Assembly (NCBI GenBank): GCA_963705305.1
Contig: OY970067.1
Location: 64,001-128,000, forward strand
DNA from: an uncultured Methylomirabilota bacterium
Lineage (GTDB): Bacteria > Methylomirabilota > Methylomirabilia > Methylomirabilales > 2-02-FULL-66-22
DNA: 64,000 nt
Direction: 5' to 3'
This document shows, one piece after another, positions 18,991-32,365 of this stretch. The position numbers and the translations under genes are program-made. The notes under the pieces were generated by a model, which did not search any database, was not told the DNA's origin, and saw only the letters and a list, made by a program, of their open reading frames with translations. Numbering within the stretch: position 1 is the stretch's first letter; each line of letters begins with the position of its first letter.

Positions 18991-20031
18991 TTAGCCGCAG
19001 ACGAGCTGCACCTTGGTGCTCTTGCTCTTGTCGGCGGCGGCCCGAAAGGCGGTCACCGCCTCCTGGAGGGGATACTGCGCGGAGAGGAGCGGCTTCACGT
19101 CCACTCGCCCCTCGGCCAGGAAGCGCACGGCCCAGTCGAACTCCATCCCGAAGCGGAAGGTGCCGACGTAGTCGATCTCCCGGGCCATGACCTGATTCGC
19201 CAGGAAGTGCACCCCCTCCGGTGGGAGTGTCCCGACCTGCACGATCCGCCCGCCGCGCGCGACCGCAGCCAGGCAGGTGCCGAGGGCGGCGGGGTTGCCG
19301 GCCGCCTCGAACGCTAGGTCCGTCTCCCCCACGGCAGCGGCGGCCGCCTCCGGTCCTCCCGGAACCCGGTCCACCCGTAGGCAGCGGTCCGCGCCCACGC
19401 GCCCGGCGTCGGCGAGCGGCCGGTCCACCACGTCGGCCACCGTCACGGACGCCGCGCCGGCCAGCCGGGACGCCACCACGATCAGGCAGCCGATGGGGCC
19501 AGCCCCCGTCACCAGGACGCTCTTGCCCAGCAGATTCCCCCCGCGGTTCACGGCGTGCAGTGCCACCGACAGGGGCTCCGCGAAGGCCAGCTCGGCCAGG
19601 CCGACCACCGAGGCCACAGGCGTGAGCTGCCGCTCCGGCATGACGAAGGCCTCGCGGAACATCCCCTGCATGTGGGGGAAGATGCTGGCGCTCCCCAGAA
19701 ATCGCATGTGGCGGCAGAGGTTCTCACGCCCGGCCCGGCAGGCCTGACACACGCCGCAGGCATGCGAGGGGTTGACCGCAACCTTGTCCCCCTCCTTGAC
19801 CCGCGTCACGCCGGCCCCGACCTTGACCGCCGTCCCGGAGATCTCGTGGCCGGGGATCAGAGGCTCGCGGATGACGAAGCTCCCGACGCGTCCGTGCTGG
19901 AAGTAATGCATGTCGGAGCCGCAGATCCCGCCCGCCCCCAGCCTGAGGAGCACCTCGCCGGGTCCCGGATCGGGCTCGGGCACGCTCTCGATCCGCAGGT
20001 CCTCGGCTCCGTAGATTCGGCAGATTTGCAT
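18991..20031 (-). CDS. Zn-dependent dehydrogenase, L-idonate 5-dehydrogenase-like
   Basis: GGICGSDMHYF, PGHE, CxxCxxC..C, MRFLGSAS.FPH.QG.F, GAGPIG. Confidence 0.88.
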   Translation of the reverse strand: MQICRIYGAEDLRIESVPEPDPGPGEVLLRLGAGGICGSDMHYFQHGRVGSFVIREPLIPGHEISGTAVKVGAGVTRVKEGDKVAVNPSHACGVCQACRAGRENLCRHMRFLGSASIFPHMQGMFREAFVMPERQLTPVASVVGLAELAFAEPLSVALHAVNRGGNLLGKSVLVTGAGPIGCLIVVASRLAGAASVTVADVVDRPLADAGRVGADRCLRVDRVPGGPEAAAAAVGETDLAFEAAGNPAALGTCLAAVARGGRIVQVGTLPPEGVHFLANQVMAREIDYVGTFRFGMEFDWAVRFLAEGRVDVKPLLSAQYPLQEAVTAFRAAADKSKSTKVQLVCG

Positions 20032-20209
20032 GGCATCCTCCGTGAGGACAAGGGGTTCACCAGGCCACAGCGAAAGCGGCCTGTGTCGGGCCGAGGCTAC
20101 CCAGAGATGGTCGTGCGGGTCAAGTCCTATTCCCAACCTGCGCCAGGCCTGCTATCCTGACCCGCGATACCAGATTCGAGGATTCGACCGGCGCACGTCC
20201 TGGACGATC

Positions 20210-23576
<3,367 letters not shown>

Positions 23577-23582
23577 CCCCAC

Positions 23583-23696
23583 TCCGAGCATATCTCACCG
23601 CCAAGCCCCTACGAACATACAAGACGCCAAGGGGAAATTCGAATTTCGAGGTTCGAATTTCGAAATTGGCAGGGCCGTCTTGGCGCCATGGCGGTT
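23583..23696 (+). repeat. Family-B repeat, full copy with TTCGAA heptamer core
   Basis: ATATCTCACCGCCAAG...GACGCCAAGGGGAAATTCGAATTTCGAGGTTCGAATTTCGAAATTG...TCTTGGCGCCATGGCGGTT. Confidence 0.8.
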
Positions 23697-23844
23697 CGAT
23701 ACTTTTTGTAGTTCAAGGCCAAATCCCGCGATCGCCGAGACCTGCTGATCTGAATTGACTTTCCTGGATCCTTCCGCCATCCTATCAGGTGGGCCGAAAC
23801 TAGACACCGCGCTGGAAAATGCTCGAGGGGGATCTCGCGCTTCG

Positions 23845-24795
23845 ATGCGAAGACGACCGCCCAACCTGCCGTACCGATTCTTATGCCCCTGCCCCCACTT
23901 GCACAGGAAGCAGTGCCTCCTCACGCTGGTGTTCCTGGCCGCAGTGCTCGGCCCCGGCGGAGCCCTGGCGATGGACGCCCTGGTCCTGGGGCGGGAGGTC
24001 CTCGTCCGTGAGGCACCCCAACCGGCCGCTCAGGTGGTCCGTCGGGCGGAGCCGGGGCAGACGTTCCCGGTAGCGCCGCGGAAGGGGGAGAAGGACCAAC
24101 TCCTCTACGCGCTGGACGGGCGGGGTGATTTGTGGGTGAAGGTCCAGGTCGGCGGGGGGGACACAGGGTTCGTCCGGACAGATCTCGTGTCGGTCGCCCA
24201 CGAAGAGTTTCGCTCGCCCCGGGGGGATTCCATCCTCTTCCTGAACCTGCGGTCGACCGCCGACGGTTCTGTCGCACGCGATCTCTGGCTGATCCAGAAC
24301 GACTGGCAGCACACGCGGCGTCTGGCCACTATCTGGGGCCGACCGGTCTGGGGGGGGCACGGCGACTGGTTCCTGTGTGAGACGGATTCGGGCCGGCCCG
24401 TCAGCGACCAGTCCATGGACCGGACGGTGGAAGTGATCGAGAAGTTCTCGGCTAACGGCCACAGTCACAGCGTGCTGACCGCGGGATCGTATCCGATCCT
24501 GGACGAGACACGGGGTGAGATCTACTTTTACCGCGACGTGGACGAGCACGGCGTCCATGTCCCGCCGGGACTGTACGCCGTCAAGACGGACGGAAGCGGT
24601 CTTCGCCCCATTTTCTTGCTGCCGGAGCACTTCCGCTTCTGGAAGGAGGACGGCGATTATTTCGTGCAGGCGCCACCCCCGCGGTTCCGGGCCGCCGCCG
24701 ACCATATCTCGCTGTTTGCTTTCGACCGGACGGGCGTCCGGACCCGCTTCAAGGTCGCCCTGGACGGCCATCTCCTGAACCTCAGAGTCGAGTGA
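23845..24795 (+). CDS. Hypothetical exported protein with SH3b-like N-terminal domain
   Basis: Hydrophobic leader, then VREAP...WVKV...GFVRTDLV SH3b-like pattern; start codon uncertain. Confidence 0.6.
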   Translation: MRRRPPNLPYRFLCPCPHLHRKQCLLTLVFLAAVLGPGGALAMDALVLGREVLVREAPQPAAQVVRRAEPGQTFPVAPRKGEKDQLLYALDGRGDLWVKVQVGGGDTGFVRTDLVSVAHEEFRSPRGDSILFLNLRSTADGSVARDLWLIQNDWQHTRRLATIWGRPVWGGHGDWFLCETDSGRPVSDQSMDRTVEVIEKFSANGHSHSVLTAGSYPILDETRGEIYFYRDVDEHGVHVPPGLYAVKTDGSGLRPIFLLPEHFRFWKEDGDYFVQAPPPRFRAAADHISLFAFDRTGVRTRFKVALDGHLLNLRVE

Positions 24796-26114
24796 CCGGC
24801 GGCCGGCTCCTCCCGGCCCCCCCCAGAATGCAATCATCCATGACCCGCTGGATGTCCGAAACCCTTCCGGTGCTGCTGGCCCTGGCGGCGGCCCTGGTGC
24901 TGTTCCGTGCAATGCCCGGTCCCCCGGCCTGGGCCGGGACCGCGACCGGCGCCGTCCCCAAAGAGATCGCCACTTACTTCACTCCGCAGGACGTGGCCCG
25001 CGGACACGCCTACATGCAAGGGCGCTACTGGTTCGTCGCGGCTGGGATCGCCTTCCGGCTGGCGCTGCTCCTGCTTCTGGTCCTCACCCCGTCCTCGGCC
25101 GCTCTCCGCAATGCCGCGGTGCGCCTGTCGCCCACCCGGCCCGCCATCGCCGTGGCGCTATACATCGCATTCCTGGTTCTTCTCTTCGAGCTGCTGATGC
25201 TCCCGCTGAGCTACTATGTGGGCTTCGTGCGAGAGCACGCTTTCGGCCTCTCCACACAGACGCCGGGGGGCTGGCTGCTGGACCGGCTCAAGGCCGCCCT
25301 GCTCGACCTGGCCCTGGCCGCGCCGTTGGGCTCGCTCCTGGTCCTGCTGTGGCGCCGCTGCCCGACCCGCTGGGTCCTCCCCACCTGGATCCTGGCCGGC
25401 GTGGCGGCCGTCCTGCTGGTGGCCCTGGCCCCGGTGGTCATCGATCCGCTGTTCACCAAGCTGACCCCGCTGCAGGACCCCGCCCTCCGCGCGCGGGTGC
25501 TGGCCTTGGCCCAGCGGGCCGGCATCCATGTGGACCAGGTGTATGTCTCGGACGCCAGCCGCCGGACCCGCAAGGGAAATGCCTATTTCACCGGACTGGG
25601 CGCCTCCAAGCGCATCGTCATCTATGACACGCTCCTGGCCGGGAGCGATCCGGAGGCGGTGGAGCTGGTCCTGGCCCACGAGATGGGGCACTGGAAGCAT
25701 GCCCACATCTGGAAGGGGCTGGCCCTCACCATCCTGGGCATGGGGATCGGTCTCTGGTGCTGCGCCCGCGTCCTGGCCTGGGCGGTCAAGCGGCCCGCCT
25801 TCCATATCGCGGGACCCGCCGACGTGGCCGGCCTCCCCCTCTTCCTGCTCACGTTGTTTATCCTGAGCCTGTTGAGCTTGCCAATCCAAACCGGCGTCTC
25901 GCGCTATTTCGAGCGCCAGGCTGATTGGACCGCGCTCGAGCTGACCCGGAACCCTCAGGCGTTCATCCGGTCCGAGGTGGATCTGGCGCGCTCCAATCTG
26001 GCCGATCTGAACCCGCCCCGCGTCCTGGTCTGGCTGCTCTACACGCATCCCCCGGTGGCCGAGCGGATCCGCATGGCCGAGTCGTTCGAGACCAAGACCG
26101 GCGCGCAACCGTGA
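24792..26114 (+). CDS. M48-family (Ste24-like) membrane zinc metalloprotease
   Basis: DASRRT.KGNAYFTG.G.SKRIVIYDTL, HEMGH (HExxH), ERQAD, THPP..ERI. Confidence 0.94.
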   Translation: MTGGRLLPAPPRMQSSMTRWMSETLPVLLALAAALVLFRAMPGPPAWAGTATGAVPKEIATYFTPQDVARGHAYMQGRYWFVAAGIAFRLALLLLLVLTPSSAALRNAAVRLSPTRPAIAVALYIAFLVLLFELLMLPLSYYVGFVREHAFGLSTQTPGGWLLDRLKAALLDLALAAPLGSLLVLLWRRCPTRWVLPTWILAGVAAVLLVALAPVVIDPLFTKLTPLQDPALRARVLALAQRAGIHVDQVYVSDASRRTRKGNAYFTGLGASKRIVIYDTLLAGSDPEAVELVLAHEMGHWKHAHIWKGLALTILGMGIGLWCCARVLAWAVKRPAFHIAGPADVAGLPLFLLTLFILSLLSLPIQTGVSRYFERQADWTALELTRNPQAFIRSEVDLARSNLADLNPPRVLVWLLYTHPPVAERIRMAESFETKTGAQP

Positions 26115-26163
26115 CGGCGCCGGCGCAGGCCGGACACGGACGATTGCCGCCTCCCATGCAACC

Positions 26164-26195
26164 CTTGGCGACTTGGCGGTGAGCGATTTTCGGAA
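26164..26195 (-). repeat. Family-B repeat half-copy, reverse orientation
   Basis: CTTGGCGACTTGGCGGTGAGCGATTTTCGGAA, a near-perfect reverse complement of 21442-21473. Confidence 0.7.
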
Positions 26196-26279
26196 TTGGG
26201 TCAGGAGACGGCTTTCGCCCGGGGCGGCATTAGGCTAGAATAGGCCCGGGAGAATTCGATTTCCCATCAAGGAGAACAT

Positions 26280-26618
26280 ATGGCAAAGATCAGAGGGCAA
26301 CTCTCGCGCCCCTATCTTCCCGGTTGGGAGGATGACGAGCACGTGAGCCTCGGACGGACCCTCCAGGGCGAGCTGGAGATCCGCTTCGCGGGGACCTGCG
26401 AGGGATGCCGGGAGTCCTTCCCGGACATGCAGCGCACAATTCAGACCATCGCGCAGCGGACATCCATGACGATCCCGGAGGCCACGGCGTTCTACGTCGG
26501 GTTCACCGTCGGCGTGGACAGCCTTCGCCGCTACCACCGGCTGGGTGACTTCCTGGACGACGACGAGATCCTGGAGGAGTTTTTCGGCGGGAAGACCGTG
26601 GCGGGCCGCTTTCACTAG
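26280..26618 (+). CDS. Hypothetical protein with CxxC motif
   Basis: AAGGAG SD; 112 aa; LEIRFAGTCEGC. Confidence 0.75.
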   Translation: MAKIRGQLSRPYLPGWEDDEHVSLGRTLQGELEIRFAGTCEGCRESFPDMQRTIQTIAQRTSMTIPEATAFYVGFTVGVDSLRRYHRLGDFLDDDEILEEFFGGKTVAGRFH

Positions 26619-26709
26619 GCGCCAGTCGCTCGCCCCCCGGCGGCACCCTGCGCTGCCGGACCGGCGCACACATTCTCGATAACCCCATGCCGCAAGAGTG
26701 AGAGGCAAA

Positions 26710-27534
26710 ATGAGACCGCGCGGCTTTGCGCTGCACACCTGGACGCTGGATACGACGCCCCTGGAGACCGTGCTGGCGGTGGCGCGGCGCACCGGCTGGG
26801 ACGCCATCGAGCTCCGCCGGCTGGATTTCGCCCGGGCCGGCCGGGAGGGCCGGTCCCCCGAGCAGGTCCTGGAGATGGTGCGATCCAGCGGCCTCCCCGT
26901 CGCGTGCGTCGGTGTCGAGCTGGGCTGGATGTTCGCAACCGGCAGCGAACGGCAGCGGCTGCTCCAGGCCTTCGCCGAGTCCTGTCAATGGGCCGCGGCC
27001 TTGGGCTGCCCCACCGTTATGAGTCCCGTCGACCCCGGGTCGGGCGACCTGGCCCAGGCGATCGCCAGCGTGCGCGAAGTGGGGCAGATTGCCGCGGCGC
27101 ACGGGGTGCGGCTGGCCTTGGAGTTCAACTGTCTGGCCCGGCAGTTCAACACGCTGGATCGGATCCGCGAGGTCACGGCCGGCGCCGGCCATCCGCACTG
27201 CAGCATCCTGCTGGATAGCTACCATCTCCAGCGCAGCGGGGCCTCCCCCCAAGCTCTTCGCAACCTGCCTCCGGTGGAGATTGCGTACGTGCAGTACAGC
27301 GACGTCCCGCGGGACATCCCGGAGCCGCACATCACTACCAACCGGCTCCCCCCCGGCCGAGGCACGGTTCCGTTTCGCGAGCTCTTCAAGTTGCTCGAGG
27401 AGAAGGGATACAGCGGCTTCCTCAGCTATGAGGCCCCGAACCCTTCCGCCTGGGCGCGGGATCCCGGGGAGGTCGCCCGGGAGGCCTTGCAGGCCTCGCG
27501 GGCCCTGCAAGTGCCCGCCGCCCCGCTGGGCTGA
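26710..27534 (+). CDS. Sugar phosphate isomerase/epimerase (IolE/xylose-isomerase-like TIM barrel)
   Basis: GWDAIEL, LALEF, LLDSYH, VQYSD, RLPPG.G, GYSG.LSYE. Confidence 0.88.
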   Translation: MRPRGFALHTWTLDTTPLETVLAVARRTGWDAIELRRLDFARAGREGRSPEQVLEMVRSSGLPVACVGVELGWMFATGSERQRLLQAFAESCQWAAALGCPTVMSPVDPGSGDLAQAIASVREVGQIAAAHGVRLALEFNCLARQFNTLDRIREVTAGAGHPHCSILLDSYHLQRSGASPQALRNLPPVEIAYVQYSDVPRDIPEPHITTNRLPPGRGTVPFRELFKLLEEKGYSGFLSYEAPNPSAWARDPGEVAREALQASRALQVPAAPLG

Positions 27535-27636
27535 CGTCGCGCGTCGGAAGGCTCTCGATGCTTCATCGGCATTCCGGCCGGAGTTTACCCGGGTGAAAAC
27601 CGGGGCCGGAATGACAGAGAGAGCGGTGGGTCCGTG

Positions 27637-28350
27637 TCAGACCCGCTGCCAAACCGCCCGCCCGATGAAGAACGGCCCCAGCCTCTCGATGTACTCGGAA
27701 GTCTGAATCGTCCTCCGCATAGCCTGAACCAGGTGGGACAGAGGGTGAAGATCGGGACCCACGAGTCCGATGACGAAGTCGTTGTCGTTGGTATCGAGAC
27801 CGTTGCAGGCAAGCCGGACGTCCTGGGCGAGGCCCGTTTCTCCATAGGCCCGGCCGATGATCCCGTGCTCTTTGAGGATGGCCCCCTGCTCCTTGGGCGA
27901 TAGGCGGGCAAAGGCTCCGGTCCGCCGCAGCGGATACCACACGGCCCACGGCCACTCGGGGTTGCGAACCGCGCGGCGCGCCCGGCGGAGGAGCCAGTCC
28001 TCCAGGTTCGGCTCGAACCCCGACGCGTAGGTCCGCCCGAGCATGGCGAGCTCTCGCCGATGGAGGAGTCCGGCGAAGGGGGGGGCGTTGAGGAGGTCCC
28101 GTAGGCGCGTGACGAAGAATGCGGGATCCTCGCTCATGGTCAGCAGACCCACTCCCCGGGGGTCGTTGATGTCGAGGTACAGGACCCCTTCGATTCCGCC
28201 CGCCTCGAGCGGTCTGATCAACGGCGCCACATCGGTACATCCGGTGAAAACCTGAAGCTGCATGAACAGACGCCGGTCGGACGTCTGCTGGCCGGCCCCG
28301 TGCTCTCGCACATCAATCTTTGCGCTCTGCTCTTCCCTGGATGGCTCCAC
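27637..28350 (-). CDS. Chlorite dismutase/coproheme decarboxylase-family heme protein
   Basis: WAVWYPLRR, L...EQ..IL.EHG..G, GLD..D.DFVI, MR.T..TS.Y....GPFF.G. Confidence 0.8.
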   Translation of the reverse strand: MEPSREEQSAKIDVREHGAGQQTSDRRLFMQLQVFTGCTDVAPLIRPLEAGGIEGVLYLDINDPRGVGLLTMSEDPAFFVTRLRDLLNAPPFAGLLHRRELAMLGRTYASGFEPNLEDWLLRRARRAVRNPEWPWAVWYPLRRTGAFARLSPKEQGAILKEHGIIGRAYGETGLAQDVRLACNGLDTNDNDFVIGLVGPDLHPLSHLVQAMRRTIQTSEYIERLGPFFIGRAVWQRV

Positions 28351-28375
28351 GACTCCCCCCTCCCTGCTGTGTCTC

Positions 28376-29101
28376 TTAGCGTCCCGCCTCTCCGAACGTG
28401 ATCCGGTCCCCCGCCATCACGGGCACCACGTCGGTGACGTCCAGCCGGGCACACAAGTCGAGATCGGCTTCCAGCCCCAGTTCAACAATTCGACGCCCCC
28501 ACGCCGTCTCGCGGAGAAGCCCCGGCAGATCGACGGCGTACCGCCCCCAGAGAATCCGGCAGGCCCTGGCGCCGTCTCCCAGCGTGAGGAGCGGGGAAAG
28601 GCCCGCAGCCCAATCCACGATGGCCCCCGCGCACACCACATCCTCCAGCGAGAAGCGACCCTCGCACCCCGAGCAGACGACGACGCCGTTCTCCCCCCGG
28701 GCCACCAGCCATCTCGCCACCGCGGCGCGGTTGAGAAACGCGCCGACGGCCACCGTCCGTCCGGGGCCGGCGGCCCGCAGGGCCTTGGTCCCGTTGGAGG
28801 TGGTCATGATCACCTGCCGGCCTTCGACTGTCGCTCGTCCGAACTCGGTGGGCGAGTTCCCCAGGTCGAAGCCGGGGATCCGCTCCCCGCCCTGCTCGCC
28901 CGCCAGCAGGGCGCCGGGGGCAGCCGTCAGAGCGCTCTGGGCCTCGTGGGGGCTTGCCAAAGGGAGGATGGATCGGCAGCCGTGCTGGAAGGCGGTGATG
29001 ATGCTGGTGGTCGCCCGGATGACGTCGATGACGACCGCCGCGGGCTCCGGGTGAGATTGACCGGCCAGTTCATCCGGGAGGACAAGAACGTCGAGACGCA
29101 T
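28376..29101 (-). CDS. comB: 2-phosphosulfolactate phosphatase family
   Basis: VVIDVIRATTSI, LAGE.GG..I.GFDLGNSP, TTSNGT, FSLED..CAG. Confidence 0.9.
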   Translation of the reverse strand: MRLDVLVLPDELAGQSHPEPAAVVIDVIRATTSIITAFQHGCRSILPLASPHEAQSALTAAPGALLAGEQGGERIPGFDLGNSPTEFGRATVEGRQVIMTTSNGTKALRAAGPGRTVAVGAFLNRAAVARWLVARGENGVVVCSGCEGRFSLEDVVCAGAIVDWAAGLSPLLTLGDGARACRILWGRYAVDLPGLLRETAWGRRIVELGLEADLDLCARLDVTDVVPVMAGDRITFGEAGR

Positions 29102-29172
29102 GACAGTCCGCAGGATGGAAGGATCGGCTCGGAGGACGGCCCGAGGGCCCCCGCGGGCTTCGGGCCGGCTGA

Positions 29173-30771
29173 CTATCGCTCCAACCGGAAGAGCAGCTTC
29201 TGCTTACCGATCTCGATCTCATCGCCGTGCTTCAGGGTGTGCTCGGAGATCTTTTCCCCGTTCACCCGCGTGCCCAGCAGGCCGCCCAGATGCACGATCT
29301 TGTACCGGCCTTCCTTCTGGGGGATGATCCGGGCGTGGGCCTTGGCCACAAACATTCCGGAGAGCTGAACCTGGCAATCCGCGCCGGTCCCCAGCGTGAC
29401 CTCCTCCGACTCAAGGGCGAATTTCTTGAGGTCCGGCAGGATCAGGCGTGGTCGAAGAACCGGCGTGGCCCCTTCTCCGCGGGGGGCCGGCCGCGCCGCC
29501 ATAGCCTGGGCGACGGCCGCCTGGTCGATAAACATGGTCTTCTGCCCGGCGTCGGCCGCCGATTCAACCTTGGAAGCGGTCTCCGCACCCTTCGGCACCC
29601 GGAAGACCAGCCGGTGTTTCACCAGCGTGATCTCATCCCCGTCCTTGAGGTCCCGGCGGGTGATTCGCTCGCCGCCGACGAAGGTCCCGTTGGCGCTCCC
29701 CAAGTCCTCGATGACAGCACTGTCGCCCACCATGCGGATCACCGCATGCCGACGCGACACGCCCGGATTGTCGATGAAGATCGCATTCCCGGTCGTCCGC
29801 CCAATGGTGAGCTCTCCCTGCGCCAGGGAGAACACGCCCAGCTGCCTGTCCCCCGTGTACAGGACGATTTCGGGTACCGGCCCCCTGGAAACGGACGGGG
29901 GGGTCGGCGCCGGACTCGGCCGGGAAAGCTCGGGCACAGCCATCGTCGGCTCGGGTGCGGGCGCCGCGGGCGCGGCTTCCATGGCCGGAGCCGGCGCGGT
30001 TTCCCCGGCCGGGGACGCGGCCGGAACGACCTGGGAAGGCTCGGGGGTCACCTCCAGCTCCAGCTGGGGCCCGCTCTCGGCCTCCTTCACCTTGAAGGCA
30101 ACTTGAAGGAAGACCTCGCTCAGGCGTCCGCGGGTCTCCGGCGTGATCAGGCCCACATCCTCCGCCGGCTGGGCCCGCGTCTGGTCATACACCTCTATGG
30201 TGAGGCCGTCCGGACACATGCTGGCATAGGCCTGGAGCTGCTGGTCGGGCGAGCCTTCCTTCGCGGCCTCGGTCCCGGAGGGAGGAAAGTAGTTTGCCGC
30301 CAGTCGGCCCTTGGTCCAGATACTTACCCCCCACTCCCCCCCCGGCGAAGCGAGACCCAAGATGGCGTCGCGGTCCCGAGCCGCCAGCTTCTCCAGCAGC
30401 TCGGTCACGTTTCCCCCGCTTACCGGGTGGGTGAGCACGGGCCGATGCTGGAACAGCACCATCAAGCCGAGGAGTAGGCGCTTGTCGGCGACCAAGAAAG
30501 ACAGCGGAGCCTCCGGCTGTTCCGAATAGGCCGCGAAGAATTCGTGGATCTCCAGGAAGCTGCGCGATCCCCCCGCGATGCGTCCGGCTCCATAGGGAGC
30601 CCCGTTCACGACGAAAAGCAGCCGTGTCTCATCGGGAAAGGATTGCAGGAAGTAGCCGTCCAGAATTCGCCGTTCCTGGGTGATCTTGAGAAAGAGCGCA
30701 TCGAACTTGATCAGCGGGCACACCCGCGAGTCCAGGAGCGTTGACATAGCTGGGAATCTGGGACTCGGCAT
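29173..30771 (-). CDS. Dual-FHA-domain protein with unknown N-terminal domain and Pro/Ala-rich linker
   Basis: IGR...VSRRHA...DLGSANGT...L.DGD.I (canonical FHA); second degenerate FHA at C-terminus; GGAGG SD before ATG 30771. Confidence 0.88.
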   Translation of the reverse strand: MPSPRFPAMSTLLDSRVCPLIKFDALFLKITQERRILDGYFLQSFPDETRLLFVVNGAPYGAGRIAGGSRSFLEIHEFFAAYSEQPEAPLSFLVADKRLLLGLMVLFQHRPVLTHPVSGGNVTELLEKLAARDRDAILGLASPGGEWGVSIWTKGRLAANYFPPSGTEAAKEGSPDQQLQAYASMCPDGLTIEVYDQTRAQPAEDVGLITPETRGRLSEVFLQVAFKVKEAESGPQLELEVTPEPSQVVPAASPAGETAPAPAMEAAPAAPAPEPTMAVPELSRPSPAPTPPSVSRGPVPEIVLYTGDRQLGVFSLAQGELTIGRTTGNAIFIDNPGVSRRHAVIRMVGDSAVIEDLGSANGTFVGGERITRRDLKDGDEITLVKHRLVFRVPKGAETASKVESAADAGQKTMFIDQAAVAQAMAARPAPRGEGATPVLRPRLILPDLKKFALESEEVTLGTGADCQVQLSGMFVAKAHARIIPQKEGRYKIVHLGGLLGTRVNGEKISEHTLKHGDEIEIGKQKLLFRLER

Positions 30772-30903
30772 CGTGCCTCCTCCGCCTCGGGGTTGCTGCA
30801 ATCGCGCTTTTTCACCCCGGGCTTCCTGCGATGAAGCCGACCTGATCAAGTCTGGCCGAGAGCGTGGTCCCGGTCCGGATCGGGTCCTCTGTCCCGGCCG
30901 CAC

Positions 30904-31686
30904 TCACCGTTCCCGCCCGGCCCCCTTCTCCGCCCGGGCCTGAACCAGGAGCGCGGTGATGTTGTCGTCCCCGCCCCTGTAATTGGCCCGGTCCACCAAG
31001 ACCTGGCAAGCCTGCTCGAGGTCAGACCCGTGCTCCAGCACTGCGGCCAGCATCTCTTCGTCTTCGACCAAGTCCGAGAGACCGTCGGAGCAGAGAAGGA
31101 GGACATCTCCGGAAAGAACGGCCTCCTCTGCGATGTCCACCTCGACCGCCTCCCGGAGGCCCAACGCCCTGGTGATCAGGTGACGAAACTGCGAATGGTG
31201 CGCCTCCTCCCGCGAGATGAGCCCGCACTCCACCTGCTGCTGAACCACCGAGTGATCACGGGAAACCTGAACGATCTCTCCCTCCCGGATGCGATAAATG
31301 CGGCTGTCCCCCACGTGTGCCAAGGCCACCCGCTCGCCGTCGGTGAGAATCGCCACCAGGGTGGTCCCCATGTTGGCATATTCCTGGTGCGCCTGAGCCG
31401 CCTGGAAGATGGCCTGGTTGGCCAGGCGAATGCTGCTAAGCAGGCAAGTCGCCCGGCGTGAGCAGGTCGCCTCTTCCGTCCCGGCCTCCTCCGGTTCTTC
31501 CAAGAGGCTCGCCACCGATTTCTGGATCGTTTCCACGGCCAGCCGGCTGGCCACCTCTCCGGCGGCATGCCCCCCCATTCCGTCCGCAACCACGAAGAGG
31601 CCGAGATCGGGCGCCAGGCAGTAACTGTCTTCGTTGCCTGACCGCTTGCGTCCCACGTCCGTCCGGACAGCGGCTACATACTCCAT
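30904..31686 (-). CDS. PP2C-family Ser/Thr phosphatase (Stp1/PrpC type)
   Basis: TDVGRKR..NED, VADGMGGH..GEVAS, MGTT, HVGDSR, LCSDGL, GGDDNIT. Confidence 0.96.
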   Translation of the reverse strand: MEYVAAVRTDVGRKRSGNEDSYCLAPDLGLFVVADGMGGHAAGEVASRLAVETIQKSVASLLEEPEEAGTEEATCSRRATCLLSSIRLANQAIFQAAQAHQEYANMGTTLVAILTDGERVALAHVGDSRIYRIREGEIVQVSRDHSVVQQQVECGLISREEAHHSQFRHLITRALGLREAVEVDIAEEAVLSGDVLLLCSDGLSDLVEDEEMLAAVLEHGSDLEQACQVLVDRANYRGGDDNITALLVQARAEKGAGRER

Positions 31687-31744
31687 GGAGTGCCTGATCC
31701 CCTCGGATCCTATGCGCCGCCCATCCCTCTGGGGGGCGTACGCA

Positions 31745-32326
31745 TCAGGCCTGGCGTCGATATCCGCGGAAGAGCCCGGTCGCCGCGCAGACCTTCAGCC
31801 CATCGCTCGCCAGGAACGGGAGCGATCCCTTGACTATGGCACTCGTGGCATTTAAATGCAGACTCCATGCCAACCAGGCCACGCCAAAGGCAAGCAACGT
31901 CAGATGCCCCAGCACCATGCTGAGGAAGATCCAGGCGGTTCCGGGACGTTCGGGCCGCCGGATCATCCATCCGATGAGAGCCGCGGCAGGCACAAAACCG
32001 ATCAGATATCCCGTGGTGGCGCCGCTGACGAGGTAGCCCAGGCCGCCGGCGCCTCCAGCGAACATCGGCAGCCCAACAGCCCCCAGGACAAGATAGGTGG
32101 CCTGGCTGAGAGAGCCCAGGGCAGGTCCCAGAGTGGCTCCGGCTAGAAGGACAAAAAACGTCTGGAGGGTGACAGGGACGGGTGTCCAGGGCAGGGGAAT
32201 TCGAACGTAGGCCCCGAGGGTGGTCATCAGCACAAAGGCCAGAACGCCGATGATGGCCGAGGCCCTCGCGCCTTCCGTCCCTGCCGTCCACGTCGCAACT
32301 CCAAACCATCGCGCCATCTCCCGCAC
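31745..32326 (-). CDS. bioY: Biotin transporter BioY
   Basis: PWTPVPVTLQT, YL.LG..GLP.FAGG, TTGYL.GF. Confidence 0.93.
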   Translation of the reverse strand: MREMARWFGVATWTAGTEGARASAIIGVLAFVLMTTLGAYVRIPLPWTPVPVTLQTFFVLLAGATLGPALGSLSQATYLVLGAVGLPMFAGGAGGLGYLVSGATTGYLIGFVPAAALIGWMIRRPERPGTAWIFLSMVLGHLTLLAFGVAWLAWSLHLNATSAIVKGSLPFLASDGLKVCAATGLFRGYRRQA

Positions 32327-32365
32327 AATTATGTCTCCCTTTTGTGGTCCTGAAAGATCTCCGGA

